Origin: an uncultured delta proteobacterium
GTDB taxonomy: Bacteria > Desulfobacterota > RBG-13-43-22
Assembly (NCBI GenBank): GCA_963743305.1
Contig: CAVUPH010000034.1
Coordinates: 22,200-86,199 of the forward strand
Length of the DNA stretch: 64,000 nt
Direction of reading: 5' to 3'
The notes under the pieces were generated by a model. The model was not told the origin of the DNA. It saw only the letters and a list, made by a program, of their open reading frames with translations, and searched no databases. Positions 1-9,928 of this stretch are shown one piece after another. The position numbers and the translations under genes were made by a program. The number at the start of each line of letters is the position of its first letter. Position 1 is the first letter of the stretch.

Positions 1-444
1 AAAAAAGAAGTTATCGAGGCTGTTCTGGCCGCCGGCTGGTTTGACCTGAACGAGGTTCGGCTCCGCACCCAGGCCTTAAGTCAATTTCAAAATAATACTG
101 AATTTTATTCATTAACTATCGGATGTAAGAGGGCGTTAAATATACTTAAAGGTATTGATAAATCAACGATGGGCACCGTTAGGGAAGGATTGTTTCAGGA
201 AGATGCAGAAATTCAATTATTTGATAAAATAAACGAAAATAGGGATAAATTAAACCAGCATCTCGAAAAAAGATACTATAGTGAGTATTTACATGATCTT
301 GCCAAGTTAAGACCCTATATAGACCTATTTTTTGAGCAGGTATTAGTCATGGCGCCGGACGAAAAGATAAAGAACAACCGCCTGGCCCTGCTACTGGAAT
401 TGACTACCCTTTTTAATCGATTTGCTTTGTTTTCATTAATGTAG
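1..444 (+). CDS. glyS: Glycine--tRNA ligase beta subunit, C-terminal part (5' truncated by window)
   Basis: Frame open from base 1 (KKEVIEAVLA...KRALNILK); C-terminal DALR-type motif LRPYIDLFFEQVLVMAPDEKIKNNRLALL. Confidence 0.9.
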   Translation, partial: KKEVIEAVLAAGWFDLNEVRLRTQALSQFQNNTEFYSLTIGCKRALNILKGIDKSTMGTVREGLFQEDAEIQLFDKINENRDKLNQHLEKRYYSEYLHDLAKLRPYIDLFFEQVLVMAPDEKIKNNRLALLLELTTLFNRFALFSLM

Positions 445-470
445 GGGCGGCCACGGGGGGCCGTCCCGAC
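441..470. repeat. GTAG-type REP-like hairpin
   Basis: GTAG followed by imperfect palindrome GGGCGGCC...GGCCGTCCC overlapping the glyS stop; a similar unit ending in CTAC lies at 13557-13580. Confidence 0.5.
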
Positions 471-601
471 GAAACAACGAATGGATTATTAATATCGGTC
501 AGCAGATTCGCTACCATATATAGTAGCTAAATTCCATCCGAATACCCCTTATAGTATTTTTTTCTTTACATCTCCGGACTGCTCCCGTTACAATAGCCTC
601 C

Positions 602-3600
602 ATGAGAATCAAACGCCTTGAATTGAACGGTTTTAAGTCTTTTCCCGAAAAAACGATCATCCCTTTCCCCAAGGGGATTAGCGGGGTGGTTGGACCCAAC
701 GGTTGCGGCAAAAGCAATATCGTAGACGCCATCAAATGGGTCATGGGGGAACAAAGCCCTAGACAGCTTCGGGGAAAAGGGATGGAGGATGTCATCTTCG
801 CCGGTTCCAACGGCAAATCTTCGGTCGGCATGGCCGAGGTGTCCCTGGTCCTGGACAATGACAATGGCTCCTTTCCCCCGGAAATGGCCGGCTTTAGCGA
901 AGTGGTTATTACCCGGCGGCTTTTCCGAGACGGGGAAAGCGAATACGCCATCAACAATCAAAACTGCCGTTTGAAAGACATATCCCACCTGTTTATGGGC
1001 ACCGGAGTAGGCAGCCGGGCGTACGCCGTTATTGAACAGGGTCGGGTAGGGGCGATTATCGATTCTAAACCGGAGGACCGCCGGCACTGGATCGAAGAAG
1101 CCGCCGGTATCTCTAAATATAAACACCGAAAGCAGGAAACCCTGCGTAAGCTGGAGTCAACCCAGCAAAATATGTTACGGGTGGGGGACGTGATCGCCGA
1201 AGTCAAACGGCAAATGAATTCCCTTTACCGTCAGGCCAAAAAGGCCGAACGGTTCAAGGAAGCCCGTCTGGCCTTGAAGGAAATAGAGCTGACGCTTACC
1301 CTCCGTGATTATGGGGACATCCAGGAAGAAAAGGCCCGGCTGGAACAGGAATTGGATCTCCAGCAGGGACAATTGCGGACCTCGAAAGATGAAATGACGG
1401 CCATCCAAGATCGCCTTCAGCAGATTCAAACGCAGCTTGGCGAAACCGATCGGAGTTTAAAAGTCCTCCAGGAACAGTATTATCAGCAAAAAGGGTCCCG
1501 GGAAAAACAGGAAAGCTTCCTCCAACAGCTTCAACAGGAACTGGGAGGCTTGGAACGGCAACGTTTGGAGACCGGGCAGGAGCTTAAGGAAATCCAATCC
1601 TGGCTTCAGGACAAAGAGATCGAAGCCCAGACCCTGAAGGAAGCCTTCCAGTCCTTTAAAGAACGGTTGCAGCAAGAACAAGAACGGGTAACCCTTCAGG
1701 AGGGGACGGTGAATCGCCTGAAAAGCGAACACCATTCCCACCAGCAGGAATTGGAAAGCAACAAAGATCACCTGCTGAATACCATGTCGGAGCAGACCCG
1801 GATTCGTAATCTGCGACTGGGACTGATCAAACTCCGAGAAGACCGAAATCTTCGTCTGGCCCGGCAGGAGGAAGAACGCGACCAGTTGAACGAACGCCGG
1901 GAACACCTGAATCGCCTTTCCACGGAAGCGACCGAAAAAATCAAACGAGAACAAAAAACCATCGAAGACCTGCGAGCGGATCTGGAGCAAAAACGAGTAG
2001 GGCAGGGGGAGCAGGTTGAAATCCGCAAAGAGATCGAAGGGGAGCTCAAGGAACTGGAACGGCTTCTTCTCCAGGACCAGGGACAAATCAAAAACCTCCA
2101 GCAGATTCGGGATAATTATCAGAGTTATCAGAACGGCGTCCGTTCCCTGCTGCAGCGCGACCACCCGACCGGAGACGAAGAAGGAAAGAAGCGGGTTCGC
2201 CTGCTGGCCGAGGGGATAGAGACCGAACCCGGGTACGAAGCCGCCGTGGAAGCGGCCCTGGGAGAAAGCCTGCAAGCCGTCCTCGTTCAGGATCAAGGGG
2301 AAGCGCTGGAGGGCATCCGGCAACTCAGAGGCACCCAGGCCGGAAAGGCCACTTTTCTCTTATTGAATCAATCCCAGCCGGCTGAGTCGGAGGGGGGCGC
2401 TGCCTCCGTTTTCCCGGGCAATGGGTTTCAGCCTTTAATCTCCAAAGTAGTCGTGAAAACTGAACTGCAATCCTGGGTGCAGCACCTCTTGGGTGAGTTT
2501 CTGCTGGTTCCCGACCTGGATCAGGGGCTGAAGCTTTGGGAAGACCGGGGAGGGAGAAACGCTCTGGTTACGCCGGAAGGTGATGTGATCAGTCGCCTCG
2601 GAGTGATCTCCGGAGGCAGTTCCGGAAAAACGGAATCCGGGATCCTATTTCAAAAAAATCTGATCCGTCGTCTGGAACGGCAGATTCGAGACGGGGAAAT
2701 CCAGGTTCGGGAAAAACGAGCGGCCCTGGCGGGCCAAGCCGAAGTCCTGCGGGATCTGGAAGAACAGCTTGCCGAACTGGCGTCCCAAATTCGGGAATCG
2801 GAAAAAAGAAAATCAGAGCTGGAAAAAATCCAGTTCGGTTATCAGGAGGAGGCCAAGCCCCTGCAACGCCGTCTAACCCTGATTGCCATCGAAGAAGAAG
2901 AAACCCGGTCCCTGGTGGCTTCTGAAAATTCCGAGGAGGAAATTCACCGAATCCAGGAAGAAGCCCTGAACGAGGAAGTCGCCGTCCTGAAAAGCAGGCT
3001 CCTGGGCGAAGAAGAAACGGGTAAACGGCTGGAGAAAAGCTTGGAGGAGGCCCGGGAGGTCTTAACCCGGATCAGCACCGAGTATTCGGTCCTCAAAGAA
3101 AAAGGGGATCACCTCTCCAAAGAAGCGGCCAGTCTGCAGGAAGCCCTGGCGGACAGGCAAAGCCGGCGGCAGCGATTAACGGATCGGCTGGCCGCCGGAG
3201 ACCGGCGTCGAGAGGATCTCGAAATCAAAATGGCCGAAACCCAGGACGCTCTGCTCCTTTCCCAGACCGAATTAGAAAGGCTGGAAACCCTGATCCAGAC
3301 GGCGAAGCAGACTTGGGAAAAGGACCAACAGGAGAAAGATCGGGTGGAGACCAATTCCCGGGATAAACGGTCCCAAATCGACCAACTGGAAGCCCGGGAT
3401 CACGAATTGCAGTTGCAGGCCGCCCAAGGGGCGCTTAAACTGGAACATTTGAAAGAGAAAACCCGGGAGCAATTCGGGTGTGAACTGGAGGAGGTTCTGG
3501 AAAGGCCGCGCCCCAGCGAGGAAGATTTTGCGGCCCTCTCTCAGAAAAGACAGGAGCTGAAAGGGAAAATAGAACAAATCGGAGAGGTTAACTTGACGGC

Positions 3601-4183
3601 CATTGAAGAATTCCAGGCCTTCAAGGAGCGCCATGATTTTTACCAGTCCCAGGAAGAGGATTTACTGAAATCGATCGATTCCCTGAAAAGGGCCATCCAA
3701 AAAATTAATGCTACATCTAAGGACTTGTTTTTGTTGACTTTTAAAGCCATACAGGAAAAGATGGAACTGGTCTTTCCCGTATTGTTCGGCGGCGGTACGG
3801 CTAAGCTTTCTCTGGTGAATGAAGAGGACCCGCTGGAATCCGGAATCGACATTATTATTCATCCCCCCGGAAAACGCTTGACCAGCATGGGGTTGCTCTC
3901 GGGCGGGGAAAAAGCCTTGACGGCCCTGGCCCTGGTTTTCTCCATCTATCTGGTTAAGCCGAGTCCTTTCTGCCTGCTGGATGAAATTGACGCCTTCCTG
4001 GACGAGGCCAATGTGGAGCGTTTTAAAAAATTCGTCCACGGTCTGGTAGATAACTCTCAGATCATTCTCATCACCCACAACCGGAGAATCATGGAGATGG
4101 CTGACGCGCTCTATGGGGTTACCATGGAACAACCGGGCATTTCTAAACTGGTTTCCGTACGCCTCGATAATGTGTTAAATTAA
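602..4183 (+). CDS. smc: Chromosome segregation protein SMC
   Basis: Walker A GPNGCGKSN, coiled coils, hinge (AALGE..VTPEGDVI..GG), signature LSGGEK, Walker B LLDEIDAFLD; 1193 aa. Confidence 0.98.
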   Translation: MRIKRLELNGFKSFPEKTIIPFPKGISGVVGPNGCGKSNIVDAIKWVMGEQSPRQLRGKGMEDVIFAGSNGKSSVGMAEVSLVLDNDNGSFPPEMAGFSEVVITRRLFRDGESEYAINNQNCRLKDISHLFMGTGVGSRAYAVIEQGRVGAIIDSKPEDRRHWIEEAAGISKYKHRKQETLRKLESTQQNMLRVGDVIAEVKRQMNSLYRQAKKAERFKEARLALKEIELTLTLRDYGDIQEEKARLEQELDLQQGQLRTSKDEMTAIQDRLQQIQTQLGETDRSLKVLQEQYYQQKGSREKQESFLQQLQQELGGLERQRLETGQELKEIQSWLQDKEIEAQTLKEAFQSFKERLQQEQERVTLQEGTVNRLKSEHHSHQQELESNKDHLLNTMSEQTRIRNLRLGLIKLREDRNLRLARQEEERDQLNERREHLNRLSTEATEKIKREQKTIEDLRADLEQKRVGQGEQVEIRKEIEGELKELERLLLQDQGQIKNLQQIRDNYQSYQNGVRSLLQRDHPTGDEEGKKRVRLLAEGIETEPGYEAAVEAALGESLQAVLVQDQGEALEGIRQLRGTQAGKATFLLLNQSQPAESEGGAASVFPGNGFQPLISKVVVKTELQSWVQHLLGEFLLVPDLDQGLKLWEDRGGRNALVTPEGDVISRLGVISGGSSGKTESGILFQKNLIRRLERQIRDGEIQVREKRAALAGQAEVLRDLEEQLAELASQIRESEKRKSELEKIQFGYQEEAKPLQRRLTLIAIEEEETRSLVASENSEEEIHRIQEEALNEEVAVLKSRLLGEEETGKRLEKSLEEAREVLTRISTEYSVLKEKGDHLSKEAASLQEALADRQSRRQRLTDRLAAGDRRREDLEIKMAETQDALLLSQTELERLETLIQTAKQTWEKDQQEKDRVETNSRDKRSQIDQLEARDHELQLQAAQGALKLEHLKEKTREQFGCELEEVLERPRPSEEDFAALSQKRQELKGKIEQIGEVNLTAIEEFQAFKERHDFYQSQEEDLLKSIDSLKRAIQKINATSKDLFLLTFKAIQEKMELVFPVLFGGGTAKLSLVNEEDPLESGIDIIIHPPGKRLTSMGLLSGGEKALTALALVFSIYLVKPSPFCLLDEIDAFLDEANVERFKKFVHGLVDNSQIILITHNRRIMEMADALYGVTMEQPGISKLVSVRLDNVLN

Positions 4184-4184
4184 T

Positions 4185-5216
4185 ATGTTGAAATGGTTTC
4201 GCAAGAAAGAAGATGAACTTCCGGAGGGTTTACCAAACGGGTCGTCCGAAAAGAACCCGGCCTCCGGGGAATCAATAAGTCAAGCTGAAGAGCCCCAGGG
4301 GAATCGCAAGGGATTTTTTCACCGACTTAAGGAACGTTTAACCAAGACCCGGGAATCGTTTGTCGGACGAGTCGATCAATTGGTCCTGGGGAAAAAAGAG
4401 ATCGATGAAGATCTGTTGGACGAACTGGAAGAGATTCTAATCACCTCGGATTTAGGGGTCGATACCACCCAGGCGCTGATCGCTTTGGTCCAGCAAAAAG
4501 TCAAACGCCGGGAATTGGACAACCCGGAACGCCTCAGAGAAACCCTCCAGGAGGAAATATTACGTTTTCTGGAAGCGACGACTCCACCCAGCAATCATCT
4601 ATCTAAGCCTTTAATTATATTAGTGATCGGTGTTAATGGGGTCGGCAAGACCACCACGATCGGCAAACTGGCGCACCAATACCGGCTGGCCGGGAAAAAA
4701 GTTATGCTGGTAGCCGGAGATACCTTCCGGGCAGCGGCTGGAGAACAGTTGGAGATTTGGGCCAAACGCTCTCAAGCGGAAATCATTCGCCAGAAAGAAG
4801 GGTCGGATCCCTCCGCCGTGGTCTACGACGCACTTCAGGCAGCCCGGGCCCGGGGAATCGATATCGTGTTGATCGATACCGCCGGACGACTTCACACCCG
4901 GGTGAACTTAATGGAGGAATTAAAGAAGATTCACCGAACCATTCAAAAAGAATTCCCGGAAGGACCTCACCAGACCTTACTGGTCCTGGATGCCACTATG
5001 GGTCAGAATGCCATTTCGCAAGCCCGGATCTTTAATGAGGCGATAGCGGTCACCGGGCTTATTTTGACAAAGTTAGACGGCACCGCCAAGGGAGGGATTG
5101 TGGTGGGGATCAGCCAGGAACTGAAGATACCCATTTCTCAGATCGGGATAGGGGAACAGGTGGACGATCTGCAACCATTCAAGCCGCGGGAATTCGTAGA
5201 AGCCATATTTAGATAA
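4185..5216 (+). CDS. ftsY: SRP receptor FtsY
   Basis: GVNGVGKTTT, DTFRAAA, DTAGR, TKLDGTAKGG; conserved smc-ftsY order. Confidence 0.98.
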   Translation: MLKWFRKKEDELPEGLPNGSSEKNPASGESISQAEEPQGNRKGFFHRLKERLTKTRESFVGRVDQLVLGKKEIDEDLLDELEEILITSDLGVDTTQALIALVQQKVKRRELDNPERLRETLQEEILRFLEATTPPSNHLSKPLIILVIGVNGVGKTTTIGKLAHQYRLAGKKVMLVAGDTFRAAAGEQLEIWAKRSQAEIIRQKEGSDPSAVVYDALQAARARGIDIVLIDTAGRLHTRVNLMEELKKIHRTIQKEFPEGPHQTLLVLDATMGQNAISQARIFNEAIAVTGLILTKLDGTAKGGIVVGISQELKIPISQIGIGEQVDDLQPFKPREFVEAIFR

Positions 5217-5273
5217 TTCTTTTATTTTTTCCTATTTAGTTTACATAATATATCTTATCAGACATTGATATAA

Positions 5274-5924
5274 TCAAAAGAAAAAATGATCGGCCAAGGC
5301 TTTTAGGCTGGAAAAAATACGGTCCGAGGCCTGGAGGTACGGGGGCGGCAAGGTGGAGGCGACGGCATAACAGGTCAGGCCGGCCGCCTTGGCGGACTGG
5401 ATGCCGGCCGGGGCATTTTCGACCACCAGGCAGCCTTCCGGTTCCTGGTTTAATTTTTCCAAGGCCTTAAGGTAAGGATCCGGATTTGGTTTAAACCGCG
5501 ATACATCGTCGGCGGTGACGATCGTTTCAAAATAATCGCGGTATCGATGGCCCGCCCATATTTGTTCAACCAGATTCATCCGGGAACTGGTCACTAGTCC
5601 CAGACGCAATCCTTGTCGTTGAAATCTGTCGATCAAAGTCAAGGCCTCGGGATAAAGACGGACCTTACTGAGGTACTCTTCCCGAAAGACTCGATTTTGC
5701 CGATCATAGATTTCCAGGATCCGATTCGAATCGATGGGCCGCCCGGTCTTCTGGAACAAATTCTCGATGATATCCAGTCCCATGGCGCCCTCATGTTCAT
5801 AGATAAATCGTTCTGTTATAAATATACCATCATTTTCAAGTAGTTGCTTCCATGATTGCATGTGATAACTCATGCTGTCCACTAAAACCCCATCCATATC
5901 AAACAAAATAGCTTTCAATGTCAT
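5274..5924 (-). CDS. HAD-family phosphatase (beta-PGM/CbbY-like)
   Basis: FDMDGVLVDS motif I, VTSS, KPNPDPY, VVENAPAG. Confidence 0.9.
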   Translation of the reverse strand: MTLKAILFDMDGVLVDSMSYHMQSWKQLLENDGIFITERFIYEHEGAMGLDIIENLFQKTGRPIDSNRILEIYDRQNRVFREEYLSKVRLYPEALTLIDRFQRQGLRLGLVTSSRMNLVEQIWAGHRYRDYFETIVTADDVSRFKPNPDPYLKALEKLNQEPEGCLVVENAPAGIQSAKAAGLTCYAVASTLPPPYLQASDRIFSSLKALADHFFF

Positions 5925-6121
5925 ATTTTATTGACTGTCATCCTGGAGCAAAGCGAGATCTCATTCCATAATCCTTTATATCTCCGTTAATTTGATTTTA
6001 AATTGACACCCTACCCTATTTAACCCTAATATCATAATAAAAATAATTTCGACTAAACGCCCGGAGCCTCGGGCGAAGTCAACGAAACCTGACTATTTCG
6101 GGTAAACTGCGCAGGATAAAC

Positions 6122-6268
6122 TTGATGGTTTCGCAAAAAGTCTCCAGCGCTGTCATTGCGAGGAGTGAAGCGACGAAGCAATCCCCGAAAATCTGCTAGT
6201 TACCATGGTGGGGATTGCTTCGCTTCGCTCGCAATGACAGGTTTTTTGACTTTTTGCGAACGCATCAA
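6122..6268. repeat. Nested palindromic element (MITE-like ends enclosing a GTCATTGCGAG-type REP hairpin)
   Basis: Outer IR TTGATGGTTTCGCAAAAAGTC / GACTTTTTGCGAACGCATCAA; inner IR TGTCATTGCGAG..GAAGCAATCCCC (6151) / GGGGATTGCTTCG..CTCGCAATGACA (to 6239). Confidence 0.8.
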
Positions 6269-6379
6269 ACTTGATCTGATCGACTTTTTGCGAGTCCTTA
6301 GCTTTTTTTAAAACAAACTTAATAATTAATAATAAATTATTAGTTATACATACTTAATGTTCTACTTAAAGGAGCCCTT

Positions 6380-7852
6380 ATGGAACTTCAGGCCTTCCCC
6401 AAAAAAATACAACCCCATTTGCTGCCGAAGGTTGGCGGGCGATTGGAGTATAACTGTTTAAACTGCGGCGGGAATCATGCCATCGAAACGCTGCTCTACA
6501 CCTGTCCAACCTGCGGAGGGGTTTTGTTGATTGAAAACCGGGACGATCGGGCGCTGACCTCCCGCTCCGGGACCCATTGGCAAAGGGTATTCGATTTTCG
6601 TCGCATGGTAACCGAACCGGCGCTCCGAGGGATTTTCTGTTTTCACGAGCTGATCGCCCCGGTGATCCCCCTGTCGGCCATCCTTTATCTGGGAGAAGGC
6701 CATACCCCCCTGATCAAAGCCAATCCCGGTCTGACCCGGGAGATCGGCCTGGATTTTTATTACAAAAATGACGGTCAAAATCCCAGCGCCTCGTTCAAAG
6801 ACCGGGGCATGGCCTGCGCCCTTAGTTATCTGAACTTTCTCATTCAAGAAAAAAAGGTCAAGGGGGTTCTATCCATCTGCGCTTCGACCGGTGACACTTC
6901 CGCCTCCGCCGCCCTCTATGCCGCCTATCTGGGAGATTCCGTCCGTTCCGCCGTCTTATTGCCCCAGGGAAAGGTTACCCCCCAGCAATTGTCCCAACCC
7001 CTGGGTAGCGGGGCCACGGTCATTGAAATCCCGGGGGTCTTCGACGACTGCATGAAGGTGGTGGAGTACCTATCCGACCATTACCCGGTGGCCCTGTTAA
7101 ATTCCAAAAACGCCTGGCGGATACTGGGGCAGGAGTCCTATGCCTTTGAAATTGCCCAGTCCTTGAATTACCATCTGGAGGGACTGGTCTTACTAGTCCC
7201 CATCGGCAACGCGGGCAACATTACCGCTATCCTCTCCGGGTTTCTAAAACTGTATCGCTATGGACTCATCACGGCCTTGCCCAAGATTATCGGGGTTCAA
7301 TCACGCCACGCCAACCCGGTTTACCGCTATTACCTGGAGCCTTCACCCAAAAAAAGGGTCTTTAAGCCGGTTAAAGTAAAACCCAGTGTCGCTCAGGCCG
7401 CCATGATCGGCAACCCGGTATCCATGCCCCGGGTAGTTCAACTGGTGGAACAATACAACCAGACCCAGGATCGTCAAAAGGTCTTTGTGGTCGAAGTCAG
7501 CGAACAGTCCATCATGGACTCCATGCTGACCGCCAACCGAAACGGGCACATTGCCTGCACCCAGGGCGGAGAAAGCCTGGCCGGTTTGGCGCAGGCCCTG
7601 CAGGAAAAGAAGGTTACCCGCCGGGAAACGGCCATTCTGGACGCCACGGCCCATGCCCTCAAATTCTCGGGGTTTCAGGATATGTATTTTGAAAACAGTT
7701 TCCCTCCGGCCTTCGGGATTCATCCCCGAAAAAAGCTGCAAAATTATCCGGTCAGCGTGAACACTCCCCTGCCCTCCCGCCGCTCGGACCGGGAATACGG
7801 GCGGTTTATCGAGTCCGCCGCCCTTCAGGTGGCCAAGCTGTTGAAAATGTAA
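6380..7852 (+). CDS. thrC: Threonine synthase
   Basis: N-terminal CxxC pairs, PLP motif NPSASFKDRG, CASTGDTSAS, VPIGNAGN, ATAHALKF. Confidence 0.92.
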   Translation: MELQAFPKKIQPHLLPKVGGRLEYNCLNCGGNHAIETLLYTCPTCGGVLLIENRDDRALTSRSGTHWQRVFDFRRMVTEPALRGIFCFHELIAPVIPLSAILYLGEGHTPLIKANPGLTREIGLDFYYKNDGQNPSASFKDRGMACALSYLNFLIQEKKVKGVLSICASTGDTSASAALYAAYLGDSVRSAVLLPQGKVTPQQLSQPLGSGATVIEIPGVFDDCMKVVEYLSDHYPVALLNSKNAWRILGQESYAFEIAQSLNYHLEGLVLLVPIGNAGNITAILSGFLKLYRYGLITALPKIIGVQSRHANPVYRYYLEPSPKKRVFKPVKVKPSVAQAAMIGNPVSMPRVVQLVEQYNQTQDRQKVFVVEVSEQSIMDSMLTANRNGHIACTQGGESLAGLAQALQEKKVTRRETAILDATAHALKFSGFQDMYFENSFPPAFGIHPRKKLQNYPVSVNTPLPSRRSDREYGRFIESAALQVAKLLKM

Positions 7853-7862
7853 AGGGTAACGC

Positions 7863-8334
7863 ATGAAGTATGTGCTGGTCACCGTGGGAAAAATCAAGGC
7901 GCCTTTTATTGTAGAGGGGATGGACCTCTACCGGCGACGCATTACCCGCTACACCGAATTTTCAGTTATTCCGGTCAAAGAGGAAAAAATCACTACCGGC
8001 TGTAACGAGGACTTGATCAAACAGAAAGAGGGAGACCGGATTCTGGAAAAAATTCCGGTGGAAGGCTGCCGGGTGGCTTTAGACCAACGAGGAAGAGACG
8101 CTGGCCTCAGAAGCAGTGGTTCGATTTTCTGAACGATTTGGGTCGCCAGGGAATCAAGAAAACCTTTTTTTGTATTGGAGGACCATTGGGCCTTTCCTCC
8201 CAGGTATTGAGCCAGGCCCATCACGTACTCTCCCTTTCATCCCTGACCCTGACCCATGAAATGAGCGCCCTGCTATTCAGCGAACAGCTCTACCGCTACC
8301 TGACGGTTAAGCCGGCGAGAAGTATCACCGGTGA
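7863..8334 (+). CDS. rlmH: 23S rRNA pseudouridine-1915 N3-methyltransferase, with two apparent frameshifts (about 8095 and 8310)
   Basis: VGKIK..KEG..ALD.RG then in a new frame FCIGGPLGLS..LSLSSLTLTHEM..EQLYR; restoring one base gives the canonical end KAGEKYHR*. Confidence 0.88.
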
Positions 8335-8501
8335 TAAGGATCTGTAAACAAATAATCTTGACAAAGCGACACTACAACCGTTCGCCCTGAGCTGCGAGCC
8401 TGTCGAGCAGTCGAAGGGTGAACGATACGGCCATGCTTCGGCAGGCTCAGCATGAACGGAGATACCGCGGCATTGTACAGCTTATTTCTTGACGGGTCTA
8501 A
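8335..8501. mobile_element. About 165-bp MITE-like element, copy 1
   Basis: Highly similar inverted copy at 15244-15412; imperfect terminal IRs (TAAGGATCTGTAAACAAATAA / TTATTTCTTGACGGGTCTAA); internal GAGCCTGTCGA-type REP units. Confidence 0.8.
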
Positions 8502-8575
8502 CCTGGCCAAAAGTCCTGAACAGTCCACCTGGATGGATTTTTTATTGACGACTATTTCGTCATTTGACATAATAA

Positions 8576-9754
8576 ATGACGATGAAAGCGTCACAACCTA
8601 AAAAAGGCCACGAGCCGCCGGTCATCAATCGTCTTCCTGACCTTGTCGGTTGGATGGGAACGAAATCACATTTTCTTTTCGGACCACGCCAGACCGGCAA
8701 GACCTTCCTGATTCACCGGTTGTTTTCCGGGATCCAATTGTACGATCTACTCGATACTTCCATTTACCTGGCCCTCAGTCGGAATCCCGGTCTTCTGGAA
8801 GAGCAACTGTCACCAGAGAATAAGGTAGTGGTCATTGACGAAGTCCAGCGCCTTCCTGAACTGCTCAACGAAGTTCACCGCCTTATCGAGAAACGACGGA
8901 TTCGATTTCTGTTAACAGGCTCCAGCGCCCGTAAATTGAGGCGGGGCGGCGTTAACCTGCTCGGTGGTCGCGCCCGTACCCGATACCTGCATCCCTTAAC
9001 CTATCGGGAGTTGGGGGCGCGTTTCGATCTGGGAAAGGCCATTGCCCGCGGCTTACTGCCGTCTGTTTATTTCTCCGACGATCCCCAAGCAGACCTGGAC
9101 GCTTATACCGGCACCTATCTGCAACAGGAAATCGTGGCGGAAGGGGCGACGCGAAACGTACCCGCCTTCAGCCGATTCCTGCACGTGGCCGCTCTGTGTA
9201 ATGCGACGGTCGTCAACTATACCAATGTTTCCAATGATGCCCAGGTACCCCGCACCACGGTCTATGAGTATTTCGAAATTTTAAAGGATACCCTGCTCCT
9301 GCACGAAGTCCCGGCTTGGCGCCATTCCCACAAACGCAAGCCACTGACGTCTTCCAAGTATTATTTCTTCGATGTCGGCGTAGCTTCAGCCTTACAGGGC
9401 CGCTTGGTTAAACCAGGCACACCCGAGTTCGGGCTGGCCTTTGAGACCTGGATTCTTCATGAACTGCTGAGTTACCGGGACTATCTCTCCGGTGAGCCGG
9501 TCAACTATTGGCGTTCCAACTCAGGATTCGAGGTCGATTTCATCCTGGGCGATCACACCGCCATAGAAATCAAAGCCAAGAAAACCGTAACCATTCAGGA
9601 CCTTAAATCCCTGAACGCCCTGGCGGAAGAGAAAAACCTTAAGCGTTTTCTCTGTGTCAGCCTGGAAGACCGTGCGCGGCAGGTGGGGGTGGTCCGAATA
9701 CTCCCCTACCGCCTTTTCCTAGACGCGCTATGGGACCGCGAATTTACTCCGTAA
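8576..9754 (+). CDS. AAA+ ATPase with DUF4143 domain (COG1373-type)
   Basis: GPRQTGKT, IDEVQ, LTGSSA, LGGRA, KYYFFDVG, YWRS..EVDF..AIEIK. Confidence 0.9.
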   Translation: MTMKASQPKKGHEPPVINRLPDLVGWMGTKSHFLFGPRQTGKTFLIHRLFSGIQLYDLLDTSIYLALSRNPGLLEEQLSPENKVVVIDEVQRLPELLNEVHRLIEKRRIRFLLTGSSARKLRRGGVNLLGGRARTRYLHPLTYRELGARFDLGKAIARGLLPSVYFSDDPQADLDAYTGTYLQQEIVAEGATRNVPAFSRFLHVAALCNATVVNYTNVSNDAQVPRTTVYEYFEILKDTLLLHEVPAWRHSHKRKPLTSSKYYFFDVGVASALQGRLVKPGTPEFGLAFETWILHELLSYRDYLSGEPVNYWRSNSGFEVDFILGDHTAIEIKAKKTVTIQDLKSLNALAEEKNLKRFLCVSLEDRARQVGVVRILPYRLFLDALWDREFTP

Positions 9755-9928
9755 GAAAGATATAAATTCACTATTCTCCCTCCGTAACGTTGCGAGTTTA
9801 TGTAACCAGTACCTTTGGTCTTTTGCCACTGGGTTAGTGTGTATTGGTTTACTAAACCTAAATCCTTTTCTGCCGATATACTACCAGGGCAGAAAAACCC
9901 GATCGGGATTCTTAAGGAGGAAAAAGAG

